Shown one piece after another: positions 11,912 through 23,583 of a stretch of 64,000 nt of DNA (its first letter is position 1; every line of letters starts with the position of its first letter). The notes below the pieces were generated by a model. The model did not search any database. It saw only the letters and a list, made by a program, of their open reading frames with translations, and was not told where the DNA came from. The position numbers and the translations under genes are program-made. The DNA is from Eledone cirrhosa. Taxonomy: Eukaryota. The stretch covers positions 5,146,001 through 5,210,000 of the forward strand of contig OZ024745.1 in NCBI GenBank assembly GCA_964016885.1. The letters are read 5' to 3'.

Positions 11912-11925
11912 TAACCTCCCTCCAG
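11912..11925 (-). other. Polypurine tract of the LTR element
   Basis: minus strand ctGGAGGGAGGtta immediately before the 3' LTR. Confidence 0.7.
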
Positions 11926-13195
11926 AATTTTAGAATATAAAAATCGAATGAAATATGTAGCAAGTTGGCGAGAATGTTGTAACAGGCATGAAAATTACGA
12001 CAAAAGAATGTTTGCAAAAATCAATGATAGATATCAAGGTAGCCAACCGCTCTTGGCCAGAGAACGACTGGACATCTATCTATCCATCACCCAAAGATAC
12101 AATGTAATAAAGTAAGAGAAGAGCTCAAAGTTCAAATGTACAAAATATAGTTCACAGGTGTGCAATCACATGACAGCAGGAAAGAAAGTGTGTTCCAGAG
12201 AATGAATGCAGGTGGTTTCTGTTCTGTGGTATATCGTGAAATTTCCAACCTCCGAATGGATTTTCTCACAGGAAGAGTGCTGCAAAAATAAATTCTCTGG
12301 CTTGTTCTGCTGGTTTTGGTTGTTGGTGAAGCCGTGTTGCTGTTGATGTTGTCTCGCGGAGTGAGCGTATTCGGTGTTTAAATTCACAGTAAAAAAATTT
12401 TTTTCAGAAATAATGAGTTGCGCAAAGTGCTAGAAATAACAGCCGAAGTTGATGGTCGATGTTGAGAATGCGTTGACCTGGAAGGGTCGAGAGGCCAGCG
12501 ACCAAAGAAATAAGCATTCTGAATAAATGCGCAGTTTTCAACGGCAAATTTACGTGGTAAATTTTTAAACCGGCAAATAGGAGAATATAGCTTAAGGCTG
12601 AAGAATCCTTGGCGAGAAACGTTATCTCTGGCGTGCGGCTATCTCTGTGAGTCGAGATATCTCCGTGAGTTGAGAATTTGTGCTGCCTACACGTGCCAAT
12701 ACAAGGTTAAGTTAGGTTGAAAAAATAATATTTCTAACGCACGAGAAAATGATAGTGCAAGTGTGAAAGTGACAATGATGAAAAAGAAAGGCTTCACTCA
12801 GCATAATTATTGGTGTGAACTTTGAAAAAAAACTTGAACGATGAAGAAAACGATGAAAAAAAAAAGGCAATGGTTCATCGAAAATAAATGTTCCTGTTGA
12901 AATGTTTAAAAAAAAAAAAATAAAATATTAAATTTCTTTTTTTTTTTTTTTTGAAAGTGTTCGTTGTAGGAAACGAGAAACATATATATATCGTGAAATG
13001 CGACCGTTAGTTGATGCGTGAGAGAAAAAGTCTGTCTGCGCGAAAGTTTCACATGTGCGTGTGTGCGTTTCTTTGACTGAGTATTTTCATAGTTTGTCAA
13101 TAAATTTGCTGTGTATTCGTAATGTTACTCACACAACACCAGATTCTGCTATTTTTTTTTTTTTTGGGGGGGGGGGACCACTTATACCAATGAAC

Positions 13196-13227
13196 GGCTG
13201 CGTGTTCGTATCACGTCAGGGTTACCA
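13196..13227 (-). other. Extended primer-binding site complementary to the tRNA-Trp 3' end
   Basis: plus strand GGCTGCGTGTTCGTATCACGTCAGGGTTACCA vs recalled tRNA-Trp GGCTGCGTGTTCGAATCACGTCGGGGTCACCA; 1 nt from the 5' LTR. Confidence 0.85.
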
Positions 13228-13634
13228 ATATAGCAGAGAACTCGTGTGTATGAATGTAACAAGGAGACATGGTTTGTGTGTATAATATTTAATCAACAAT
13301 TTAACAGTATAGTTGACATGTCAATGAATAAACGAAAGAATGAAACAAAGTTAGTAGTTACCGTTTTGATTGCCAGGCAAACGCGGGACGCCTGGCGAAG
13401 GCCAGGCGCCGGAAGGGCAAATGAGAGAGTGAGAACTTAAAGTTGTTAGTTTTATAGGGTTCTGACCGGAAGTTACAGAAAGGGTTCTACTTCCCGTCTA
13501 GATGTTAATCTATTGGGGTTGTGAGTCACAACAAGGGAGGCAACTGCTACAAGTACTCTAAATCGCTTATACACATTTATGTTTGATGGACTTCCAACAA
13601 ATTAAATACCACTTCTACTTATATATATATATAT

Positions 13635-13980
13635 CATCATCATCATCATCATTCCATTTTATGTCCGCTTTTTCCCTGCTTGCAAGGGTGGGACGGGAAC
13701 TGATGCTGGCTTGATTTCTACAGCTGGATGCCCTTCGTAACACCAACCTCATTTACAGTGAGTGCTGGGTGCTTTTTTGCCGTGGCACCTCCACGACCAC
13801 TTTGCAGTGGAATGATAGGGACCTTAGTCCCTATCATCTCATTTCTACAGCTGAGTAAACTGGAGCAATGTGAAATAAAGTGTCTTGCTCAAGGAAACAA
13901 CACATCACCTAGTTTGAGAATTGAACTCACAACCTTTCGATTGCAAGGCCAATGCTCTAACCACTAAGCCATGTGCCTCC
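13635..13980 (-). mobile_element. tRNA-derived SINE, family B (full length)
   Basis: reverse complement closely matches 2993-3340. Confidence 0.88.
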
Positions 13981-14039
13981 ATATACATATATCATCATCA
14001 TCATCGTTTAACGTCCATCTTCCACGCTTGCATGGGTTT

Positions 14040-14091
<52 letters not shown>

Positions 14092-14167
14092 CGAGGGAAA
14101 AGTGGTAAGGAACCAGGTGGACCATAACGCACCAAAGCACTCAATACTTAGGGTAGTAGAGTGGGTA

Positions 14168-14278
14168 ATAGGAGTAAGTAAGACCCCGACGGTAGAGCTC
14201 AAGCCGTTTCGACGGCTAATTCTGTACAGAATTAGCCGTCGAAACGGCTTGAGCTCAGCCGTCGGGGTCTTACTTACT

Positions 14279-14283
<5 letters not shown>
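14168..14283. repeat. 116-bp palindrome containing the 3' half of a hammerhead in each arm
   Basis: centre tctgt|acaga; right arm GCCGTC-GAAA-CGGCT.tgagctc.AGCCG-TC^-GGGGTC. Confidence 0.85.
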
Positions 14284-14326
<43 letters not shown>

Positions 14327-14934
14327 TATATATTTCTATGAATTGAAGAAATGTTACCATAAACACGACTTAAGACAACTTTGACATTGATGCTAATGAA
14401 AATAAAATGTAAAGTAAAAATATTTCAGAATGTATTTCTGAGACATTTTCATAATATTTCAGAAATCTGTTTTTCCTCTTCTCTTGTACAATGTCAAAGG
14501 ACAGAGAAAGAATAGACATTTCTATTGTGCTAAGATATTGATATTTTAGCAATAGAAATATGGAGAGTTATAAACATATAAGTGTTTTGTATATTGACCA
14601 GTATGTTACCCATTAGGTGTTATGTAGTTTGTCATGATAATCAGAATGCGAGCTCCACTATGGATTGGTTTCCATAGTTACTTGTTAATCCTCTCAATTT
14701 TATTCACATATTTATTGTTGTTTTATTTTATTTTATATTTTAATTTTATTTTTTTCAAATTTTCATTTTGTAAAAGAGTTTCTGAAAAGTAATACATTAA
14801 CACAGGTATATTCTATACTTTTTGTCCTAAACAACGGTGGAAATATAGTGAAATTATAAATTGTAGAGTAAAAATACATACACACATATGTATATATATG
14901 TGCATACATATATGTATATGTGTATATATAGACA

Positions 14935-14975
<41 letters not shown>

Positions 14976-15965
14976 TGATTCAAAATAATGCAATCTGAAC
15001 ATTAGAGCTAGTATTAATTAAAATCAAATAATTGCTCTCACACGATAAATGACTTTTGAGCATTAAAATAGCTAAGAGTACATAATAAAATGATGTGAGA
15101 GAGTAATGGTAGTTATATGCCCTTAGACTGTAACTATGTACTGCTAGTAATTAATAAGGAGGGATGGGGAAGGAATTGGAATTATGGAACTCATTCTATT
15201 GAAAAGAGGCATTTCTATATTTTATAGTTGGGAGATGAGGGGGAATATATCTTAATTGAGGATATTACAGTGTGTTTTGACAACATCAAATCTATGAGAC
15301 AACATTATGTGAAATGTATCACAGTGCATGACAATATGAAATCTATGTGACATTATGTGAGGTGTATTTAATACATCACAATCAAAGATATTACAAGCTG
15401 TTTAACAATATCACATCTATATGACAATGTTATGTAAGCTGTGTTTCTATGACTGATAAACAACCTCATTTTAGAAGGTGAAAAATTAGATTGGTTTTCT
15501 CAGTTCAGAGGCTTTGAAACTATTTAACTAGCTTAAAGTATCTATTTTCATCAACCCTGTAAGGTTGAAAGGCAAAGCTAACCTTGACAGGATTTGAACT
15601 CACAATGCAAAGTGCCGTAACTATATGTTCTATGATGCTTTAAGGATACTGCTAACTCATCACCCTATAACTCTACTTAATAATATTACCATATATACTC
15701 AAATGTAAGCTGATATGAATATGTCATGTATTGAGTGCTATCTAACAAGTGCTGTGCAATTGTTTGATTATTTAATGACAGCCAATGATATCACAATTAC
15801 ATCTTTCAAGTGTGCTCGTCTTTTTTACCTTTATATTATGCTTCAGCTAAACAGGAGTACATAATTCTATCCAACAGGTTCGAAGTACAGCCTGACAATT
15901 TGGGGGTACGCAATTATTTCTGTAGCTACGGAACAATGTTCAGTATTATTTTTAGATTCTTGCGG

Positions 15966-16152
15966 TGGATTGGCAGTATCGGTAGAGGGTCAGATGTCAT
16001 GCTTTGACACATAGAGTTACGGCCCTTTCCATTCTGAGTTCAAATCTCGCCGAGGTTAACTTTGCCTTTCATCCTTACAGGGTCGATAAAATAAAGTACC
16101 AGTAATACACTGGGTAATTGCTGGCCTTGTGCCAAATGTAGAAACAATTATT
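15966..16152 (+). mobile_element. tRNA-derived SINE, family A
   Basis: tggcagtatcggtagag A-box, gagttcaaatc B-box, shared central and 3' domains. Confidence 0.85.
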
Positions 16153-16313
16153 GATATCCTTGCTTCAGTTCAACAGTTTATTGTGCTTCATTGTGTTAAA
16201 ATAGAAATTTGTAAACTACTATTCTTTGTTAAATTATCTACACACATCATCATCGTTTTATGTCGATGTCTCCACGCTAGCATGGGTTACACATATAAAG
16301 AAATAAACATGAC

Positions 16314-16491
16314 AGAATATAAGCTGACCCCACAATTTTATGTCTGAGGGCAAAATTCCAAACCTTATTTATGTAGAATTTGGAGTTGGTGTAAATTATC
16401 AAAATATTGACCCCGAATATAAGCCAGCTCCCTTCTACCATCAATTTTTTGGGTCACATATTTCTCAGCTTATATTAAAGTATATACGGTG
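16314..16491. mobile_element. Possible right end of a pogo/Tigger-like DNA transposon
   Basis: ends in gcttatattaaagtatatacggtg with internal gaatataagc sub-repeats, resembling recalled Tigger-type termini; other end not seen. Confidence 0.4.
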
Positions 16492-16598
16492 TATATAAAC
16501 CTATATACAGTGTATATAAACCTATATACGGTGTATATAAACCTATATACGGTGTATATAAACCCATATACGGTGTATATAAACCTATATATGGTGTA
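16482..16598. repeat. 21-bp minisatellite (tatatacggtgtatataaacc), ~5 copies
   Basis: direct reading. Confidence 0.9.
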
Positions 16599-16623
16599 TT
16601 AATTAGAATAATTCTCTTTCTAG

Positions 16624-16759
16624 GGAAAAAGAAAATGAAAGACTGAAGTTAAGAAAAGATAACTCTGATCAGACGAAGCAATTTGAAAAATATGTTGAAC
16701 AGTTGAAGAAAGAGAGAGAGATAGACAGAAACAAACTGTACAATGACATGAATTTACAG
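16624..16759 (+). CDS. CEP112: Internal coding exon of CEP112-like gene (EKENERLKLRKDNSDQTKQFEKYVEQLKKEREIDRNKLYNDMNLQ)
   Basis: ctctttctAG / GTaatt; 136 nt, phase 2/0, compatible with the previous exon; same length as recalled human EKEEQL...KVYAEMKEQ. Confidence 0.85.
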
Positions 16760-16764
16760 GTAAT

Positions 16765-16918
16765 TCTTCTTCTTCTTCTTGACTGTAAGGTGGGGACAGA
16801 GTCCTCAAACACCTTCCAGAAGGTCCTATCAGAAGCAACCCTTGTCCAAATGCCCCAACTACCTCTCTAAATGAACCAATCGAACCATCTTCCTTGTGGT
16901 TGACTCTTCTGCCACTGT
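16765..16918 (-). mobile_element. 3' end of an RTE-like LINE with (GAA)n tail inside the 204-bp intron
   Basis: minus strand homologous to 21200-21350 (shared CLRTL.P ending), followed by gaagaagaagaa. Confidence 0.65.
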
Positions 16919-16963
16919 CGTTGTATTTAATGTAGTCAATATGTTGATATATTGGTGTTGCAG

Positions 16964-17059
16964 ATAAAGGAGGCAGACAATGAACTTCACAAATCAAAAC
17001 AGATGCTTGAAAAGCAGACACAGATTAGTAAAGAGACAGAAACAAAATATAAATTTGAG
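16964..17059 (+). CDS. CEP112: Internal coding exon of CEP112-like gene (IKEADNELHKSKQMLEKQTQISKETETKYKFE)
   Basis: ttgcAG / GTaaat; 96 nt, phase 0/0; LHKSKQMLEKQ resembles CEP112 LTRSKSLREKQ. Confidence 0.85.
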
Positions 17060-17315
17060 GTAAATTCCATTTCATCAAATGTTATTCAAATGTTATGAAT
17101 TGGGAAAGACATCTTGTCTTTAAGAGATTGGAGTGATTTCCACCACAAAAAATTGTAGCAAATGTACATATTTTTGTATAGTCAGAAATGTGTATATTTT
17201 TCTATAGTCAGAAATATTTTTCCAGTAACATTTAAACAATAATTATACACATGACTACAGCTATGGTTTTGTTGTTAAGTTCTGTAGTTACATTGTAGCA
17301 AATTCAATGGTAGTA

Positions 17316-18369
17316 ATGTAGGTGTCACAACAAAAAGCACCCAGTCCACACTATAAAGTGGTCATGTAGGTGTCACGACAAAAACCACCCAGTACACATT
17401 ATAAAGTGGTCATGTAGGTGTCACAACCAAAAGCACCCAGTACACACTGTAAAGTGGTTGTGTAATTGTCACAACAAAAAACACCTAGTCCACACTATAA
17501 AGTGGTTGTGTAGGTGTCACGACAAAAAGCACCCAGTCCACACTGTAAAGTGGTTGTGTAGGTATCACGGCAGAAAGCACCCAGTCCACACTGTAAAGTG
17601 GTTGTGTAGGTGTCACGACAAAAAGCACCCAGTACACACTATAAAGTGGTTGTGTAGGTGTCACGACAAAAAGCTTCCAGCCCACACTGTAAAGTGGTTG
17701 TGTAGGTGTCACGTCAAAAAGCACCTGGTACACACTATAAAGTGGTTGTGTAGGTGTCACGTCAAAAAGCACCCGGTACACACTGTAAAGTGGTTGTGTA
17801 GGTGTCACGTCAAAAAGCACCCAGTACACACTGTAAAGTGGTTGTGTAGGTGTCACGACAAAAAGCACCCGGTACACACTATAAAGTGGTTGTGTAGGTG
17901 TCACGTCAAAAAGCACCCGGTACACACTGTAAAGTGGTTGTGTAGGTGTCACGTCAAAAAGCACCCGGTACACACTGTAAAGTGGTTGTGTAGGTGTCAC
18001 GTCAAAAAGCACCCGGTACACACTGTAAAGTGGTTGTGTAGGTGTCACGTCAAAAAGCACCCAGTACACACTGTAAAGTGGTTGTGTAGGTGTCACGTCA
18101 AAAAGCACCCAGTACACACTATAAAGTGGTTGTGTAGGTGTCACGTCAAAAAGCACCCGGTACACACTGTAAAGTGGTTGTGTAGGTGTCATGTCAAAAA
18201 GCACCCAGTCCACACTGTAAATTTGGTTGGCATTAGGAAGGGCTTCCAGCCATAAAAACCAAACCAGAAATAATTCTGTATGAGTAAGACACAGTCATGT
18301 GACCTGACTTGCCTCCAATGGAGCCACCAGACTAACCCATGCGTGGAAAATAGATGTTAAATGATGATG
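17316..18369 (+). repeat. 48-bp minisatellite (~19 copies) expanded inside an RTE LINE/SINE 3' tail
   Basis: unit gtggttgtgtaggtgtcacgtcaaaaagcacccagtacacactgtaaa, continuing into ggcattaggaagggcttccagcc...gttaaatgatgatg. Confidence 0.92.
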
Positions 18370-18646
18370 TATAGCATGTTAGGTAATTAGTTTCCAGTTG
18401 TAAGAAGTTAATAAAATTAGTTGTAACAGCTGTACAGGATTTCGTCTGTTGTCATTAGGGATGTCAGCTTGATAAGCCAAGGTAGAAAGTTGTAAAGCTG
18501 ATGAGGCTACTTGGAGTCTCCAGGACTCACCTGTCAATGTTGTAAAGTATTCTTGCTGAGTAGATGTTATAATGTTGTAAAGACTGATACTGTGATAGTG
18601 CTGTTGTATAGGTAATATGTATGGTAGATAGGTTGTGGAGGGCATT

Positions 18647-19041
18647 TGCTGGTATGTAAAGGACATCTCAGACCCATGCTGGTATGTGAGTGACATGTCC
18701 AGCCCATGCTGGTATGTAAATGACATGTCCAGCCCATGCTGGTATGTAAATGACATGTCCAGCCCATGCTGGTATGTAAATGACATCTCAGACCCATGCT
18801 GGTATGTAAATAACATGTCCAGCCCATGCTGGTATGTGAGTGATATGTCCAGCCCATGCTGGTATGTAAATGACATGTCCAGCCCATGCTGGTATGTAAA
18901 TGACATATCCAGCCCATGCTGGTATGTAAATGACATGTCCAGCCCATGCTGGTATGTAAATGACATGTCCAGCCCATGCTGGTATGTAAATGACATGTCC
19001 AGCCCATGCTGGTATGTGAGTGACATGTCCAGCCCATGCTG
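18647..19041. repeat. 30-bp minisatellite, ~13 copies
   Basis: tgctggtatgtaaatgacatgtccagccca repeated. Confidence 0.95.
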
Positions 19042-19139
19042 ATAAGAAAAAACTGACGTTCAGTTGATGACAGTGAGCTACCATACATTCTTTGAAACAA
19101 CAATCTTTCTATATTTAAATTAATTGTTTTAATTTTCAG

Positions 19140-19310
19140 ATTTCTGAATTAAAGCGTGTATCTAATGAAACCCATTCTCGTTTGATTAAACAACATCACA
19201 TAGAGGAGGAAGAACTGTTAAAGACCTTCACCAAAGAGAAGTTAACTTTGGAAACTGAGATTCAAGACAAGGAAAAAATGCTGATTGATCAAAAGAATGT
19301 GTTTTGTAAG
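19140..19310 (+). CDS. CEP112: Internal coding exon of CEP112-like gene (ISELKRVSNETHSRLIKQHHIEEEELL...DQKNVFCK)
   Basis: ttttcAG / GTttgt; 171 nt, phase 0/0; resembles CEP112 IVELKLEHEQEKTHLLQQHNAEKDSL. Confidence 0.83.
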
Positions 19311-20024
19311 GTTTGTAGGACTGTTTATCTATCTTCACTTTTAAATCTCTGCTACTTTGACAGCTGTGTGTACCTAGCTTAGTAGAGGTGCACTGCTATA
19401 AGAGGAGACTAAAATGGTTGGCACCAGATAGTGTCCATTGATTTACACAGAGCTCATGTCTACATGCTACCCCATTCACTTGATAAAGTGGCTGGTGTTA
19501 GGAAGGGCTTCCAGTTCTAGAAACGAGAGGACTGTTGTGTGAATGACAGGACAACCTCCATCTAGTTGGTACCACGACAGTGTACTTAGGGTACCCTGTA
19601 CAGAGAGAGAATGTGTGGACGTAAGATACAAACCCCAACCTATCTGAAAGGTCAGTAGCTCTAAGTCCTGACTTGGTCTGTGGTGACCTGTCCTACCCTG
19701 GCTAGCTCAGAGAATTGACATTACATGATGACATTACACACCAACACACACACACTAACATGCCCACAGGCGTGCCTACACACACACTGACATGCCCACA
19801 TGCGTGCCTACACACACACATCGACTTGCCACCCCCCACACAGACGTTCCCATACACACACTGACATGCCCACACACACATACACACATACACAGACATC
19901 TCCACACACACATACACAGACTCCCCCCATATATATATTGATTTAAAAGAAAATTTATTTCCCAATTATTAATATTGCTATATTATAGAATGGAATAAAA
20001 TTCAACTTATATTAAATACAATTA

Positions 20025-20450
20025 TATATACACTTGTATCTATACGCTTGTATATATACAAGTATATATATACACTTGTATATATACACTTGTATATATA
20101 CACTTGTATATAAAGGCTTGTATATATACACTTGTATATATACACTTGTATATATACACTTGTATATATACTTGTATATATACAAGTGTATATATACACT
20201 TGTATATATACTAGTGTATATATACACTTGTATATATACACTTGTATATAGACTTGTATATATACACTTGTATATATACACTTATATATATAGACTTGTA
20301 TATATACACTTGTGTATATACACTTGTATATATAGACTTATATATATACAGTTGTATATAAACACTTGTATATATACACTTGTATATATACACTTATATA
20401 TATACAGTTGTATATATACACTTGTATATATATACAAGTGTATATAAACA
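20025..20450. repeat. Degenerate 14-bp repeat (cttgtatatataca)n
   Basis: direct reading. Confidence 0.9.
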
Positions 20451-20911
20451 TGATGATGATAGACTTGTACAATATTATTTGTTATGGAATATTGAAATAT
20501 CTAAAGAGAGTAAAAAGGTAACCACCAGTTCTATTGTTACCTGTTATATATTGTAACGACAGAATAAACAGAGTTTCTATAGCAACTAGACAAATACTAG
20601 TTACTGAAGCAGAAGTTAGCTTTTATGAAAGAGAATTTCCTTTCTGAAGCTGTCAAAGAATGAAAACATTCATTAAAAGAAGTAATTAAAGAGAACCACT
20701 TGAATTACACAAAAGAATTATGCAATATTTTTATTTTTCAAGAATTTTTATGCATTTCTTGTTTTTTTGCATAATTATTTTACTAAATAGATACCATATA
20801 CTTGTATATGGATGTGTACCATAGATAGAATTTTCAAAAAAACCTTTTTTACATCAAAATATGAACTGTATAATTATTTAGAATTATTTTTCCTATTTAA
20901 TTTCTCTGGGG

Positions 20912-20945
<34 letters not shown>

Positions 20946-21028
20946 GTTTAACGTCCATGTGAAGGAAAACATTTGTTTACTCTAGGAAAGAAAAATTGTA
21001 CATCGTATTGATATAAAATTAATATACA

Positions 21029-21085
<57 letters not shown>

Positions 21086-21134
21086 ATGCAGACATGTATG
21101 TTTGTATATATATATGTATATATATATTTATTTA

Positions 21135-21903
21135 TGAGAATGTGGTTAGAATGTCTCAGGAAAGAATCGCTGGACAGATTTTACAGGCAAAACCAACTGG
21201 CAGGAGACCCAGAGGTAGACCCTGAGCAAGATGGTTGGATAACATCCATGAGCTTGGCTGGTCTCGCTTGGGGATCCAGTCGGACCAGTTGGAGACGATT
21301 ACTTCTGACAGGACCCGCTGGAGGGAGTGTTTGAGGACTCTGGCCCCATGACAATCTTGAAAAATATATTGCTGTCTCCATTTCAAGCTGCAAAAACTGG
21401 CGATGGGCCAGTGACCTGTATTGAGAGACATGGGATTGATGCACAAAGATTGTGTATCCCAAGACCCCAAAGAGGGTCTGGAAAGGAGCAAACCTTGACA
21501 ATTGGGACCTGGAACATTACAACCCTGACAGGTAAGGAGCAGAAACTACTGGAGGAGGCTAGATGCTACCAACTAGATATAGTCAGGGTTTCCTCAACAA
21601 AGTTCCATGGCTCTGATTTGGATGGAGGATAGAAACTCCACTATTTATGTGTGGCACCAGAAATGACTGCACAGGCGGGAGTGGGGATACTCACATGCCC
21701 CCGGCTGTCAGAATGTGTTATGGACTGGGTCCCATTAGGAGGGAGGATTTGCCTCTTGAAGCTTAGACTGAAAGATAAGTCTCCATGGGTGGTGCAAGTT
21801 TATGCACCAAACATAAACTAAATATAGATCCTTCTTGATGAAGTCACTGCAGTGGTAGATGTAGTTAAGACTGAGTTATATATGCTCATGGGAGATTTCA
21901 ATA
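21135..21903 (+). mobile_element. RTE-like LINE fragment: C-terminal end followed directly by N-terminal APE endonuclease
   Basis: RMSQERIAGQILQAKPTGRRPRGRP then LTIGTWNITTL...LDIV...AGVGIL...VQVYAP...MGDFN, with stops and frameshifts. Confidence 0.8.
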
Positions 21904-21947
21904 CAATATATATATATATATATATACACAGATATATATATATATCA

Positions 21948-22007
21948 AGTTTAATATAGAAATGGCTTCTACAGGACTAGAACTGTTTCATTCAAAAGAA
22001 ATCATCA
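21948..22007 (-). other. Truncated hammerhead of the 27107-27205 family
   Basis: minus strand (a)TGATGA-T.TTC.tttt.GAA.T-GAAA-CAG.ttctagtc.CTG-TA-GAAGC; 5' stem I lost at (TA)n. Confidence 0.7.
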
Positions 22008-22111
22008 TATATATATATGTACATTTATATATATAGTTGCCTGAATGTGGGGTTATAATTAGTAAAGAAGGAGCCCTCTATATGAAAACCTAGAGGTAAA
22101 TATATTATATA

Positions 22112-22286
22112 TAATTGTTTCTAGTTTTGGCACAAGGCCAGCAATTATCCCAGTATATTACTGGTATTTTATTTTATCGACTCCGTAAGGATGAAAGGTA
22201 AAGTTAACCTCGGCGGGATTTGAACTCAGACCGTAAAGGGTCGTAACTCTATGCTGCAAAGCATGGCGTCCAACCCTCTACCAATA
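22112..22286 (-). mobile_element. tRNA-derived SINE, family A
   Basis: reverse complement of the family A sequence. Confidence 0.82.
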
Positions 22287-23338
22287 CACGGAAAACTGGC
22301 TTATACTTTCTGTGGTGCTCAGAGTTTCCTGAAGCAAGCTGTTGTTATTGGTTTGCTTTGTTTGTCAACCATTGGAAAGTGTCCATTGTGCCATGTATTG
22401 TATGTATATACATTTTATAGGTATGTCTCTCTCTCTCTATATATATATTAATATGTATGGGTGTATTTATATATGTATATCTGTCATCACTGGGAGAGAT
22501 GACCCCTTAGCCTTTGTCAAGGCAGAATTCTAGGAGAAGGAAAACTCTGATATAACACCTGCAACCCTGATGGTATCCAATAATGTTGACTTGTTCTTCT
22601 TTTTGGTAAATATCATCTTGGTTAAGCGAGTGGGACTGGCTTTGTGCAGTGCCTTTGCTCACTATAAAAGCTTCACGGCACAGGCATTGCTTTATATCTG
22701 GAGATCTCTCTGCATTTGTCGTCACATGGTACCATGGGCCCAGCACTATGTGTCAATAATTGTCACAGGTGTAGTGTTTGTAGAGTTTTCAAGTTGCTGG
22801 CTGGACTAAAAAGTCACACTTGTTCAGCGCATCGGTAGGGGTTCTCCTACATGGATATAAAGTAGTGGCCGTACTCGAAAACGAGTTGGCAGCCACCATA
22901 TATGTCTTTATACATATGTCTCTCTCTCTCTATATATATATATTAATATGTGTGGGTGTATTTATACATGTATATATGTCTTTATACATATGTCTCTCTC
23001 TCTATATATATATTAATATGTGTGGGCGTATTTATACATGTATATATGTCTTGATACATATGCTCTATATACACTAGATAGATTAATATGTGGAAGAAGA
23101 GGAATATGTTTTTGAAGGGTTCTAAATCTAATGCTGTTGTCTCGTTTATATTCAATGATATTTAGAGATCATATATGCTCAGATAGAAGTCTGTGTGTGT
23201 GTGTGTTTGTGTACATGAACGTATATATGTGTGTGTGTATATATGTATAGTCATGTATGTATAGTCATGTATAGTCATGTATATATATATAAATAAATGT
23301 ATGTATGTCTATATAATATATATATAAATATATGTATG

Positions 23339-23427
<89 letters not shown>

Positions 23428-23439
23428 CTTGTATTACAG

Positions 23440-23583
23440 CATGTCAGTGATTTGGAACAGGAATTACAAAGAAGTGAGGGGAAATGCCTGCAGATTGAGC
23501 AAAATCACAAACAAGAATTGTCTAAGAAAGAACTGGAAGATGAGGCTGAGAGAAAGAAAGTTTTTTGCCAACATGAAGATGAG
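23440..23583 (+). CDS. CEP112: Internal coding exon of CEP112-like gene (HVSDLEQELQRSEGKCLQIEQNHKQELSKKELEDEAERKKVFCQHEDE)
   Basis: attacAG / GTttgt; 144 nt, phase 0/0; resembles CEP112 VIADMEAQVHKLREEL...EEEKQRATREHE. Confidence 0.83.

Larger units (their letters stand above)
11580..13551 (-). mobile_element. Complete non-autonomous LTR retroelement (TRIM/LARD-like)
   Basis: near-identical LTRs 11580-11911 and 13229-13551; AGTA TSD (11576-11579, 13552-13555); PBS and polypurine tract on minus strand; no internal ORF. Confidence 0.92.

Noticed and set aside
12594-12630. CTGAAGA...GAAACGTT hammerhead-like motif in the LTR interior
   Set aside because: Stem I does not pair and stem II is weak; likely chance
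17458-19103. Cys/His-rich repeat ORFs resembling zinc fingers
   Set aside because: Translations of the 48-bp and 30-bp intronic minisatellites, open on both strands
22483-22900. Possible LINE 5' UTR with an HDV-like ribozyme (ggagaaggaaaactctga motif)
   Set aside because: Could not build the nested double pseudoknot by eye; family unidentified
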